Under the pieces are notes generated by a model that made no database searches, had not been told where the DNA came from, and saw only the letters and a list, made by a program, of their open reading frames with translations. Shown piece by piece: positions 1 to 9,523 of a stretch of DNA of 38,987 nt (position 1 is the stretch's first letter; every line of letters begins with the position of its first letter). Origin of the DNA: Bifidobacterium breve (GTDB lineage Bacteria > Actinomycetota > Acidimicrobiia > IMCC26256 > PALSA-555); the NCBI GenBank assembly GCA_945889545.1, contig CAMDCC010000001.1:1-38987 (forward strand). Reading direction: 5' to 3'. The position numbers and the translations under genes were made by a program.

Positions 1-1
1 T

Positions 2-910
<909 letters not shown>

Positions 911-1026
911 TGCTCCTGCTCCCGCCTCCGTACTCTGCGCTTCGCTGACGCGAAGAGCGAGAGGGCCACCTGCTGACCCTCCCACCTTCGGTGTTCTCTG
1001 TGGGTCTGACTGTTTTCGCTCTCCAG

Positions 1027-1100
1027 TAGCGGTGGCGGGACTCGAACCCGCGACGCCGCGATTATGAGCCGCGTGCTCTGACCAACTGAGCTACACCGCC
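1027..1100 (-). tRNA. tRNA-Met (CAU), elongator type
   Basis: Hand-folded cloverleaf on the reverse strand. Acceptor GGCGGTG/CACCGCT, D arm GCTC-AGTTGGTCA-GAGC, anticodon stem CGCGG/TCGCG with loop CTCATAA, T arm GCGGG-TTCGAGT-CCCGC. 74 nt, CCA not encoded. It lacks the GGG/CCC anticodon-stem signature of initiator tRNA. Confidence 0.85.
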
Positions 1101-1101
1101 G

Positions 1102-1174
1102 AGCCCCCTTACGGACTCGAACCGTAGACCCCTTCCTTACCATGGAAGTGCTCTGCCGACTGAGCTAAGGGGGC
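1102..1174 (-). tRNA. tRNA-Thr (GGU)
   Basis: Reverse strand. Acceptor GCCCCCT/AGGGGGC, D arm GCTC...GAGC, anticodon stem CTTCC/GGAAG with loop ATGGTAA, T arm TACGG-TTCGAGT-CCGTA. 73 nt, only 1 nt from tRNA-Met. Confidence 0.9.
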
Positions 1175-1220
1175 GAGGTCAACAGGTTAGCAACATCGCA
1201 ATCCCGACCGTCAGGCCGTT

Positions 1221-1742
1221 GTGTCGTACTACCGTCCGACCGCAATGCCCGACCTCACGCTCCGACTCGCAGAGCGGCGCGACGCGGCTGCACTCCGCGA
1301 GATCTACAACCTCGAGGTGACCACCACCACGGTCACCTTCGACATGGTTCCTCGCACGTTGGACGAGCAAGTGGCGTGGATCGACGGCCATTCGGGGGGT
1401 CATCCAGCGATCGTCGCGGTCGACCTCGAAGCGACGGTGATCGGATTCGGGTCGATTTCGCCGTACAAGGACCGGCCCGCCTACTCACCGACCGTCGAGG
1501 ACTCGATCTATGTACATCGAGAGCACCGGAGCGCCGGCGTGGGCCGCGCCATGCTCGACGAGCTGATCCGCCTCGCCCGAGATCACGGCTTCCACTCGAT
1601 GATCGCCCGCATCGTGGGTGGCCACGAGGCGTCGATCGCCCTGCATTCGACCTGCGGCTTCGAGCCCCTGGGCGTGGAGCGCGAGGTCGGTCGCAAGTTC
1701 GGAAAGTGGCTCGACGTCGTCGAGATGCAGCGGATGCTTTGA
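1221..1742 (+). CDS. GNAT N-acetyltransferase, phosphinothricin / methionine-sulfoximine acetyltransferase-like (PAT family)
   Basis: 173-aa track ORF. REIYN..V...TVTFD, WIDGH, GFGSISPYKDRPAYSPTVEDSIYV and the acetyl-CoA loop R..GVGRAML..LI are as I recall for PAT-type GNATs. The start may instead be Met9 (1245). Confidence 0.7.
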   Translation: MSYYRPTAMPDLTLRLAERRDAAALREIYNLEVTTTTVTFDMVPRTLDEQVAWIDGHSGGHPAIVAVDLEATVIGFGSISPYKDRPAYSPTVEDSIYVHREHRSAGVGRAMLDELIRLARDHGFHSMIARIVGGHEASIALHSTCGFEPLGVEREVGRKFGKWLDVVEMQRML

Positions 1743-1756
1743 GGTGCTCGCGAAGC

Positions 1757-1777
1757 GGCCCGCCGAGATGGCGGGCC
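1757..1777. terminator. GC-rich stem-loop between the GNAT stop and the tRNA-Tyr 3' end (possible bidirectional terminator)
   Basis: GGCCCGCC-gagat-GGCGGGCC is a perfect 8-bp stem. It lies 15 nt after the GNAT stop and 14 nt after the tRNA-Tyr 3' end on the other strand. There is no clear U-tract. Confidence 0.45.
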
Positions 1778-1790
1778 TTGGTGAGCGTTG

Positions 1791-1872
1791 TGGGCCGGGT
1801 TGGATTCGAACCAACGTAGGCGTTGCCAGCGGCTTTACAGGCCGCCCCCTTTGGCCACTCGGGTACCGACCC
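1791..1872 (-). tRNA. tRNA-Tyr (GUA), class II with long variable arm
   Basis: Reverse strand. Acceptor GGGTCGG/CCGGCCC (one G-U), D region CCCGAGTGGCCAAAGGG, anticodon loop CTGTAAA, long variable arm, T arm GTTGG-TTCGAAT-CCAAC. 82 nt, CCA not encoded. Confidence 0.9.
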
Positions 1873-2002
1873 CTGTGCAGGTGCAGCGTACTTGCATGTC
1901 GATACTGAGCGGCGAGCGAAGCGAGCTCGCCGGGAGCAGGCGAGCGTCCCGAAGGGCAGCGGCAGGTATCCTGCGACTGAGCGAGCGCGACCAGGGGGCT
2001 TG

Positions 2003-2491
2003 ATGCCAACGTTCGACGTTGTGTCCGAAGTGGACTTCCAAGAAGTGCGTAACGCGGTCGACCAAGCGAGTCGCGAGGTCTCGACGCGTTTCGACTTCAA
2101 AGGGACCGACAGCAGCATCGAGCTGAAGGAAAAGACGATCGAGCTGCACACCGAGAGCGACCAGCGCCTCAAGGCGCTCACGCAGGTGCTCGAGGAGAAG
2201 TTTGTGAAGCGGAAGGTGTCGTTGAAGTCGCTCTCCTACGGCAAGGTCGAAGAGGCTTCGAAGGGCACCGTGCGTCAGGTCATCACGCTGAATGTCGGGA
2301 TCAGCCAGGACAAGGCGCGAGAGATCGGCAAGTTCGTGAAGGAACTCGGTCTCAAGGGCGTGTCACATCAGATACAAGGCGATCAGCTACGCATCAGCGG
2401 CAAGAAGCGAGACGACCTCCAGGACGTCATCGCCGCGCTGCGCGAGCACGACTTCGCCATCCCGCTGCAGTTCGAGAACTTCCGCGACTAG
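2003..2491 (+). CDS. yajQ: YajQ / UPF0234 family nucleotide-binding protein
   Basis: Track ORF 1823..2491 trimmed to ATG at 2003, preceded by an AGGGGG RBS. MPTFDVVSEVDFQEVRNAVDQASREVSTRFDFKG... and the ~162-aa length match the YajQ family. Confidence 0.85.
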   Translation: MPTFDVVSEVDFQEVRNAVDQASREVSTRFDFKGTDSSIELKEKTIELHTESDQRLKALTQVLEEKFVKRKVSLKSLSYGKVEEASKGTVRQVITLNVGISQDKAREIGKFVKELGLKGVSHQIQGDQLRISGKKRDDLQDVIAALREHDFAIPLQFENFRD

Positions 2492-3352
2492 CTACCGCCA
2501 TTCGCCGGAGCGGAGACGGCGGATGCGGTCTTCGGTCGGCGGGTGCGAGCTGAACAGGCCGGCAAAGCTCACCTTGCGTCCGGTCAGCGGGTTGATGATG
2601 AACGCGGTCGCTTGAGCCGGTTGCACATTCATCGGCACCTGCTTCACGTAGGCCTCGATCTTCTCGAGCGCGCGGGCGAGTGGTTCGCCGTCGTTGACGA
2701 GGTGCGCACCGCTGGCGTCGGCCTGGTACTCACGTGAGCGCGAGAGCGCCATCTGCAGGAACATCGCGGCAATCGGGGCCAGGATCACGAGCGCGAGCAC
2801 GCCGAGGATCCCCCCGCCGTCGTCGTCGTCCCCACCACCACCGAACATTGCACCCCACATCGCGATCCTGGACACGAACATGATTCCCATCGCGACCGCG
2901 GCTGCGACCGAGCCGATGAGGATGTCGCGGTTCTGGACGTGCGACAGCTCGTGCGCGAGCACGCCACGGAGCTCGTCTTGGTCGAGCACCTGGAGGATCC
3001 CCTGGGTGCAACACACCGCCGCATGGCTGGGGCTGCGGCCGGTTGCGAAGGCGTTGGGTTGCGGCTCAGCCGAGATGTAGAGGCGGGGCATCGGCATGTC
3101 GTTGCGACGCGCCAGGTCCTCCACGATGGCGTACATCTCCGGTGCCTCTTCGCGGGTGACCGGCTTCGCCCTCGCGGCCTTGATCGCAAGTGTGTCGCTG
3201 AACCAATACGAGCCGCCGCAGAACAGCAGCGCGATGCCGAAACCGATGACGAGTCCGCCGCTGCCACCAACCAGCTGGCCGATCCCCATGAACAACCCGC
3301 CCAGCGCGGCGAGCAGAACTGTGGTCTTCAACGTGTTCTTGAGGCCTGCCAT
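2492..3352 (-). CDS. htpX: HtpX-like M48 zinc metalloprotease (membrane)
   Basis: 286 aa with N-terminal TM helices, the HELSH zinc motif (LAHELSHVQNRD) and SREYQAD downstream, which is the typical HtpX layout. Confidence 0.85.
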   Translation of the reverse strand: MAGLKNTLKTTVLLAALGGLFMGIGQLVGGSGGLVIGFGIALLFCGGSYWFSDTLAIKAARAKPVTREEAPEMYAIVEDLARRNDMPMPRLYISAEPQPNAFATGRSPSHAAVCCTQGILQVLDQDELRGVLAHELSHVQNRDILIGSVAAAVAMGIMFVSRIAMWGAMFGGGGDDDDGGGILGVLALVILAPIAAMFLQMALSRSREYQADASGAHLVNDGEPLARALEKIEAYVKQVPMNVQPAQATAFIINPLTGRKVSFAGLFSSHPPTEDRIRRLRSGEWR

Positions 3353-3427
3353 TTCGCACCTTTGATCGAACGTCTGGTCCTGGTCTTACAACGCTAGATC
3401 GTTGGCCTTTCGTTCCAGGTTCGGGCC

Positions 3428-4258
3428 TCAGCGTGAGGCCACGAGCAGCACGAGGCCCGCGGCGACCACCAGCGCTGAAGCCAGACGGGCCCGGCCGAGG
3501 CGCTCGTGGAGCAGCAGCCAGCCCGCGGCGGCCCCCAACACAACCGAGGACTCCCGCAGCGACGCCACGTAGCCCACCGGCGCCAGCCGCACGCCGGCCA
3601 GCACCATCGAATAGGCGAGCACCGAAGCGAGCCCTCCAAGGGACACGCGGCGCCAGTCGCCTCTCAGGTAGCGGGTGAACGCGCCGAGTTGGCCCCGACT
3701 GGCCCCGTAGACCGAGAGCGCCAGCGCGGCACCGAGCACAAGCGCGATGCCGTACGCCACGCCGCTCTCCGACTTGCGCGCGCCAGCGGCGTCGATGGTC
3801 GTGTACGTACCGATCGTGACGGCCGTAAGCCCGGCCCAGAGCAGGGCAACGTGCCCAACGTGGCGGCGGACGAGCGACGCCAGCCCACCGGTGACGATGG
3901 CGATCGCCAGCCAGGACAGCGACGACAGATCGTCACTGAGGAAGGCGACGCCGCCGACCGCGGCCAGCAGCGCGCCGCCGCCCCGAGCGAGCGGGTAGGC
4001 AACCGAGAAGTCGCCGTGGTGATATGCACGAACGAGGGCGAGCACGTACACGACGTGCACGAGGCTGGAGATCGCAAGGTACGGCCACGCCGACGAATCG
4101 GGAAAGCCGATCGCGACCAACACAGGCAGCGAGATGACGCCGCCCACGAGGAACTGGCCCCACGCGGTGAACAGCCGATCTTCGCTGGTCTTGACCTGGA
4201 AGTTCCAGAACGCGTGCAGCCCGGCGGACCCGAGCGCTAGGAGCGTGGCCTCCAGCAT
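3428..4258 (-). CDS. EamA / DMT-superfamily transporter
   Basis: 276 aa and about 10 hydrophobic segments forming two similar halves, with Gly/Ala-rich helices typical of EamA-domain proteins. The substrate cannot be inferred. Confidence 0.6.
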   Translation of the reverse strand: MLEATLLALGSAGLHAFWNFQVKTSEDRLFTAWGQFLVGGVISLPVLVAIGFPDSSAWPYLAISSLVHVVYVLALVRAYHHGDFSVAYPLARGGGALLAAVGGVAFLSDDLSSLSWLAIAIVTGGLASLVRRHVGHVALLWAGLTAVTIGTYTTIDAAGARKSESGVAYGIALVLGAALALSVYGASRGQLGAFTRYLRGDWRRVSLGGLASVLAYSMVLAGVRLAPVGYVASLRESSVVLGAAAGWLLLHERLGRARLASALVVAAGLVLLVASR

Positions 4259-4284
4259 CCGTGTTCAGTCAGCCGGTCGAAACG

Positions 4285-4773
4285 TCAGTCGTAGTAGCCG
4301 GAGTGGAAGTAGACGCAGGGCACGCCTTCACCGCGGAACATCTCCACGTTGCGCCGATCGTCCTCGATCGCGAGCCGGAGCTCGAAGCCGAACGCGCGCA
4401 GCTCCCATACCGACGACTGCTTGAAATCGCGCGATTGCTCGTAGTCGCCCCACGGGCGCATGAGCAGCACATCCCATCGGATGCGGTAGTGCTCGAGCCA
4501 CGCGACAGTCAGGTGATGCAGTCGCTCGGGGCGGGCCGTGAGCAGCACGATGCGCAGGTTGGCATCGAGGAGGTCGAGGAGCACCTTCACCTCTTCGATG
4601 ACGGGGTCCTCGCCACACGCGTCGAAGAACGCGCGCCAGTCACGTCGCGGCGCTTCGATGTAGTGCTGACGCGTCGTGGCGTCGGAGAGCACACCGTCGA
4701 TGTCGATCACCGCAGCCGGCCCGGGCTCGACTTCCCCGTCCCGCCACGTCCAGTACTCGGGTGCTCTACTCAC
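4285..4773 (-). CDS. Small HAD-superfamily phosphatase (polynucleotide-3'-phosphatase-like fold)
   Basis: 162 aa. HAD motif I is DIDGV, motif II LLTAR, with a Lys in RDFKQ and acidic motif IV IEDD. No cap domain is evident. Confidence 0.55.
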   Translation of the reverse strand: MSRAPEYWTWRDGEVEPGPAAVIDIDGVLSDATTRQHYIEAPRRDWRAFFDACGEDPVIEEVKVLLDLLDANLRIVLLTARPERLHHLTVAWLEHYRIRWDVLLMRPWGDYEQSRDFKQSSVWELRAFGFELRLAIEDDRRNVEMFRGEGVPCVYFHSGYYD

Positions 4774-4785
4774 CTTTCCCGCTCA

Positions 4786-6744
4786 TCACGCTTCGTCGGG
4801 CGCTTGTGCGAGGTAGCGCGCCTTGATGCCTTCGACGACGGAGGGATCGGCGAGCGTGGTGGTGTCGCCCAGCGCGTGGTCTTCGCTCACGTCCTTGAGC
4901 AGGCGTCGCATGATCTTGCCCGAGCGGGTCTTCGGCAGCTCCTCGGTGAAGAGGATCGACTTGGGCTTGGCGATTGGCCCGATCGTTTCGGCCACGTGCT
5001 CGCGCAGTTCCTCAACGAGGGCGTCGCTCGCTTCGAACCCGTTGCGCAGGATCACGAACGCCGCGATCGCTTGACCACTCGTCGCATCGGTCTTGCCGAC
5101 TACCGCGGCCTCGGCGACGGCAGGGTGGCCGACGAGCGCGTGCTCGACCTCGGCGGTCGAGATGTTGTGCCCGGAGATGAGCATCACGTCGTCGACTCGA
5201 CCGAGCAGCCAGAAGTAGCCATCCGCATCGCGCTTGGCGCCGTCGCCCGCGAAGTACTTGCCCTCGAAGCGACCCCAATATGTGGCGCGGTAGCGCTCCG
5301 GGTCGCCCCAGATGCCGCGCAGCATTGCCGGCCACGGGCGCGTCAACACGAGGTAGCCCCCGCCCGGGATCGCCACGCTCTTGCCGTTGTCATCCACGAT
5401 GTCGGCGCCGATCCCGGGAAGCGGGAACGTGGCGCTACCGGGCTTCAGCGTCGTCGCACCAGGCAACGGGCTGATCATCATGGCGCCGGTCTCGGTCTGC
5501 CACCACGTGTCGACGACCGGGCATCGCTCCGCGCCGATCGTCTTCCAGTACCAGACCCACGCCTCGGGGTTGATGGGCTCCCCGACCGAGCCAAGCAGCC
5601 GAAGACTCGTGAGATCGCGCTTCTCCGGCCACTCCGCACCCCACTTCATGAACGTGCGGATCGCGGTGGGTGCCGTGTAGAGGATCGTGACCTTGTACTT
5701 CTCGACGATCTGCCACATCCGATCCTTGTCGGGAAAGTCGGGTGTGCCCTCATAGATCACACACGTCGCTCGGTTCGCGAGCGCGCCGTAGACGATGTAC
5801 GAGTGACCGGTGACCCACCCGACATCAGCCGCGCACCAGTACACGTCGGTGTCGGGTTGCAGATCGAACACGTGCTTGTGCGTCCAGCAGACCTGGGTGA
5901 GGTAGCCCCCGGTCGTGTGCATGATGCCCTTGGGCTTCGCGGTGGTCCCGCTCGTGTAGAGCAGATAGAGGAGGTCTTCGGAGTCCATCGGCTCGGGGGC
6001 GCAGTTGGTGCTCTGCTGCGGCACAAGGTCGTGCCACCACACGTCGCGGCCGTCGCTCCACGCCACGTCCTGCTCGGTGCGGCGCAGCACAAGCACCTTC
6101 TCGATCGACGGGCACTCGGCCACGGCCGCGTCGGCGATGTCCTTGAGCGGCACGATCGTCCCGCGCCGCCACGCCCCGTCGCCGGTGATGAGCACCTTGG
6201 CCTCGGCGTCGTTGATGCGGTCGCGCAGTGAGTCGGCTGAGAAGCCCCCGAACACCACGGAGTGCGGCGCGCCGATGCGCGCGCACGCAAGCAGCGCCAT
6301 CGGAAGCTCTGGGACCATGCCCAAGTAGATGTTCACGCGGTCGCCCTTACCCACGCCCAGGGCCTTCAGCGCGTTGGCGAGTTGGCTCACGTCGTCGAGC
6401 AGCTGCGCGTACGTGATCGCACGCGCGTCGCCCGGCTCACCTTCCCAGTAGTACGCAACCTGGTCGCCATGACCGGCTTCCACGTGTCGATCGAGGCAGT
6501 TGTACGACGCGTTGAGCTTCCCGCCGACGAACCATTTGGCGAACGGGAGGTCCCACTCGAGCACCGTGTGCCATTCCTCGACCCAGTCGACGAGGTCGGC
6601 GGCTTGGCGGGCCCAGAAGCCCTCGAAGTCGGCGTTCGCCTCGTCGTAGATCTCCGCGTCGACGACTCGCGCTGTCTTCTTGAAGTGGGCGGGCGGCGGG
6701 AACGATTGCCCTTCGCCGAGCAGGGACTCGATGGTCTCGGACAT
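4786..6744 (-). CDS. acs: Acetyl-CoA synthetase (AMP-forming)
   Basis: 652 aa. Contains the AMP-binding signature YTSGTTAKPKG, WWQTETG, and C-terminal PKTRSGKIMRR carrying the acetylatable Lys. Collinear with Acs throughout. Confidence 0.95.
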   Translation of the reverse strand: MSETIESLLGEGQSFPPPAHFKKTARVVDAEIYDEANADFEGFWARQAADLVDWVEEWHTVLEWDLPFAKWFVGGKLNASYNCLDRHVEAGHGDQVAYYWEGEPGDARAITYAQLLDDVSQLANALKALGVGKGDRVNIYLGMVPELPMALLACARIGAPHSVVFGGFSADSLRDRINDAEAKVLITGDGAWRRGTIVPLKDIADAAVAECPSIEKVLVLRRTEQDVAWSDGRDVWWHDLVPQQSTNCAPEPMDSEDLLYLLYTSGTTAKPKGIMHTTGGYLTQVCWTHKHVFDLQPDTDVYWCAADVGWVTGHSYIVYGALANRATCVIYEGTPDFPDKDRMWQIVEKYKVTILYTAPTAIRTFMKWGAEWPEKRDLTSLRLLGSVGEPINPEAWVWYWKTIGAERCPVVDTWWQTETGAMMISPLPGATTLKPGSATFPLPGIGADIVDDNGKSVAIPGGGYLVLTRPWPAMLRGIWGDPERYRATYWGRFEGKYFAGDGAKRDADGYFWLLGRVDDVMLISGHNISTAEVEHALVGHPAVAEAAVVGKTDATSGQAIAAFVILRNGFEASDALVEELREHVAETIGPIAKPKSILFTEELPKTRSGKIMRRLLKDVSEDHALGDTTTLADPSVVEGIKARYLAQAPDEA

Positions 6745-6786
6745 GGCTGGTGACTTTCTGTGGTTCTATGGATCTGGACGGGCGGG

Positions 6787-7980
6787 TCAGGCTATCCGGC
6801 GCTTGAGTGTGACCACCCGGTGCGCGCCAAGACCGGTCGGGTCGATGAGCGCGGCCGCCTCCACTCCACGACTGCGTCCGGCGATCGCGGCGAGGTCGCC
6901 GAGATGGGCGCGTTCGCGCCAGATCTCGTCGCCTGCCGCCACGAGCTCGTCGATCCCGAGGCCGCGTAACCAGTCGGCTTGCGCGACTTCGCCAGCGACG
7001 GTGAACCCGGCTCGACCCGCCGCCCAGCGCAGGTGCTCGAGCGAAACGTCACACGTGATGTCTTGCCGACCCAACGCAACGAGCGGGGTCGCGCCGCGCC
7101 CGTGGCCGGCATACGTGCGCAGCCATGCCGACTGCCCGCGATCTGCGAGGCCGCGCGCCTCGTCCATGTAGTCGACGAGCAACACTTCGCCGCGGTTGAG
7201 GAGCATCGCGACGCGTTCCAGCCACTCGCGCGCGGCGATCGGCACGGGCAGACGCCGCCCATCCGGAACATCCAGGCCCCCCGCAACGTGGTCAGCTTCG
7301 GAGGCCAGCTCGGCGGGCGCCGGAACCACCACCTCGACAAACCGCCCACCCTCGCTCGGCTGGTCGTCGTCCACCCCGACACGGACTTCGAGCCAACCAC
7401 CATCGGAGCGCTCGACGAGATGCACCGGGAGGTTGTCGAGCAGCTCGTTGGCGATGACGACACCCTCGATGGACATGGCCGGCAGGTCGTCGAGCCCACT
7501 CACGATCGGACCGGCGTGGGGCACAACCTCGAGCGGCTCGTCGGGATCACTGCGATGCGCGAACGGACCCAACGCCTCGTCGATCGGCTCGAGCGGAAGG
7601 TGCTCGCGCTGTGCGGCGCGCAAGCGCGCCGAACGCTCGACGAGCACGTACCGCAGCGCCGGTGCGCACTCAGGGTCGGCGCGCAACACATCGGTCGCGA
7701 GGCGGCCCCGTCCGGCACCGGCCTCGATCACCATGAAGGGATCGGGCGACCCAAGTCGACGCCACACCTCGTCGAGGTGGCGCGCGACGAGCGCACCGAA
7801 CAACGTCCCCACCTCGGGGCTCGTGACGAAGTCGGCGCCCATCCGGCCGGCCCCACCGCTGCTGGCGAAGAACCCATCGACTTCGTCGTAGAGCGCCATC
7901 GCCTGAAAGTCGGCGAACGAGATCGGTCCCTCGCGCCGGATCCGTCCTGCGATCCTCTCCACGAGTGTCATGTCCAGCAC
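6787..7980 (-). CDS. DUF185 / MidA / NDUFAF7-family SAM-dependent methyltransferase
   Basis: 397 aa. ISFADFQAMALYD..GFF......G..GDFVTSPEV, SAM motif I VIEAGAGRGRLA, ANELLDNLPV, LLVDY and QDITCDV match my recollection of the DUF185 family pattern. The start is GTG 7980 or ATG 7971. Confidence 0.8.
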   Translation of the reverse strand: MLDMTLVERIAGRIRREGPISFADFQAMALYDEVDGFFASSGGAGRMGADFVTSPEVGTLFGALVARHLDEVWRRLGSPDPFMVIEAGAGRGRLATDVLRADPECAPALRYVLVERSARLRAAQREHLPLEPIDEALGPFAHRSDPDEPLEVVPHAGPIVSGLDDLPAMSIEGVVIANELLDNLPVHLVERSDGGWLEVRVGVDDDQPSEGGRFVEVVVPAPAELASEADHVAGGLDVPDGRRLPVPIAAREWLERVAMLLNRGEVLLVDYMDEARGLADRGQSAWLRTYAGHGRGATPLVALGRQDITCDVSLEHLRWAAGRAGFTVAGEVAQADWLRGLGIDELVAAGDEIWRERAHLGDLAAIAGRSRGVEAAALIDPTGLGAHRVVTLKRRIA

Positions 7981-7989
7981 TTTCCCTCA

Positions 7990-8036
7990 TTCTGGAGACT
8001 CACAACACCGGAATCCGGGGTGCTGGATCTCCAGAA
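7990..8036 (-). terminator. Stem-loop after nuoN (operon 1)
   Basis: TTCTGGAGA...TCTCCAGAA is a 9-bp perfect inverted repeat with a 29-nt loop. The loop itself contains CCGGaatCCGG. There is no U-tract, so terminator function is uncertain. Confidence 0.3.
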
Positions 8037-8049
8037 CACGGGGGAGAGG

Positions 8050-9519
8050 TCAACCGGTAAGGAAGGCGAGCTCCCCGAGGCGGGCGACGCCCTGCGGATA
8101 CACGCCGGCCGCGACGACAACCACGGAGATGAGGACCATCGCGACGTTCAGCGCGAGCGGCGTGGGCAGCGTGCGTTCCTCGGTGCCGGTCGCCGGCTCT
8201 TCGAGCCACATCGCCCGCGTGACGCCGGCGTAATAGAAGAAGGCGACGACGGCGTTGAGAGCGGCGATCACGCCGAGGATCACCGCGCCCGTGGTTCCCG
8301 AATCGAACACGGAACGGAACATCACGAGCTTGGCATACCAACCTGCGAGCGGCGGGATACCCGCCAGAGAGAACAGGAACAGCGACATGAACACCGCGAG
8401 CAGCGGAGCGGTTCGGCCGAGTCCGTTGAAGCTGGAGATCTCACCCGAGCCGGTCCGGCGCGCCACTGCGATCACCGCGGCGAACGCGCCGAGATTCATG
8501 ACGGCGTAGATCACGAGGTAGACCGCGACGGCTGCCCAGGCGGAATCGCCGTTGCCGCCCACGTCGGCGGCCACCGCAATCGGCACGAGCATGAACCCGC
8601 CCTGCGCGATCGACGAGTACGCCAGCATGCGCACGATGTTCGTCTGACGGAGCGCGGCCAGGTTCCCGAGCGTCATCGACGCCGCCGCGAGAACCCAGAT
8701 GATCGGCTGCCACGAGTCTTCGGACGGGAAGAACCCGAACTTCACGATGCTGATCAGCGCGACGAACCCACCCGCCTTCGACGCCACCGACAGGAACGCC
8801 GTGACCGGTGTGGGCGCACCTTCGTAGGTATCGGGTGCCCAGAAGTGGAACGGCACCGCGCTCACCTTGAACGCGAACCCGGCCAACGTGAGGAAGACGC
8901 CTACGGCGAACAACGGTGGGGTCGAGTGCTCGTTGATGTAGCCAGCAATGTCGACGAGCTTGTTGGCGCCGGTGATGCCGTACACCAGCGACATGTCGTA
9001 CAACATGATCGCGGTCGACAGCACACCGATGAGGAAGTACTTCAGGCCGGCTTCGTTCGACTTCGTGTCGTGCTTCCTCCACGCGGCCAGCGCGAACGTG
9101 GGGATCGTGATCGTCTCGAGGGCCACGAAGATCGTGATGAGATCACGGGCCGACGCCATCACCGTCATGCCCAGCACCGACGTGAGCAGCAGCACGTAGA
9201 ACTCGCCGCGGTAGTAGTCGCCCTCGCCGATGTAGTTGAACGACACGAGCAGCGTGATGTACGCCACCACCAGGAACAGGCCCTTGAACAGCAGCGCGTA
9301 GTTGTCCACGATGTAGGCGCCACCGAACATCGAGCGGTTGACGCCGTCGGACGCCAACGTAAGCACCGGGATCAACGCTCCGAGCACACCGATGCTCGCG
9401 ATCCGCGGCACCAAGTTCTTGTTCTTCACGAACAAGTCCACGAGCAGCACGACCACGATCGTGGCAACCAGAATGATCTCCGGTGCGAGCGCGTGGAAGT
9501 CGATGTGTGGAGCGTTCAC
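8050..9519 (-). CDS. nuoN: NADH-quinone oxidoreductase subunit N (operon 1)
   Basis: 489-aa polytopic antiporter-like protein of ND2/NuoN type. GTG start with a GGGGAG RBS. It is the last gene of the 11-gene cluster. Confidence 0.9.
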   Translation of the reverse strand: MNAPHIDFHALAPEIILVATIVVVLLVDLFVKNKNLVPRIASIGVLGALIPVLTLASDGVNRSMFGGAYIVDNYALLFKGLFLVVAYITLLVSFNYIGEGDYYRGEFYVLLLTSVLGMTVMASARDLITIFVALETITIPTFALAAWRKHDTKSNEAGLKYFLIGVLSTAIMLYDMSLVYGITGANKLVDIAGYINEHSTPPLFAVGVFLTLAGFAFKVSAVPFHFWAPDTYEGAPTPVTAFLSVASKAGGFVALISIVKFGFFPSEDSWQPIIWVLAAASMTLGNLAALRQTNIVRMLAYSSIAQGGFMLVPIAVAADVGGNGDSAWAAVAVYLVIYAVMNLGAFAAVIAVARRTGSGEISSFNGLGRTAPLLAVFMSLFLFSLAGIPPLAGWYAKLVMFRSVFDSGTTGAVILGVIAALNAVVAFFYYAGVTRAMWLEEPATGTEERTLPTPLALNVAMVLISVVVVAAGVYPQGVARLGELAFLTG

Positions 9520-9523
9520 TGGT

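Noticed and set aside
1027-1100. tRNA-Met as the initiator tRNA-fMet
   Set aside because: The anticodon stem is CGCGG/TCGCG, not the three consecutive G:C pairs of initiators. Position 1:72 is G:U rather than the C:A mismatch.
1027-1872. Integrative element or genomic island at the tRNA genes
   Set aside because: There is no integrase, excisionase or transposase ORF. I found no direct repeat of a tRNA 3' end flanking the GNAT gene.
1921-1950. Third copy of the 38-nt nuo-upstream element
   Set aside because: Only a GCTCGCC(G)GGAGC core and the palindrome GCGAGCTCGC are shared. This is too short and degenerate in GC-rich DNA to count as a copy. It is mentioned only as a possible relative.
3353-3427. 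Heat-shock operator (CIRCE or HAIR) upstream of htpX
   Set aside because: No TTAGCACTC-N9-GAGTGCTAA or CTTGAGT-N7-ACTCAAG-like dyad is present. Only weak -35/-10-like strings are seen.
4261-6231. 656-aa plus-strand ORF
   Set aside because: It is antisense to the HAD phosphatase and acetyl-CoA synthetase genes. It has no recognisable motifs and the same high-GC antisense composition.
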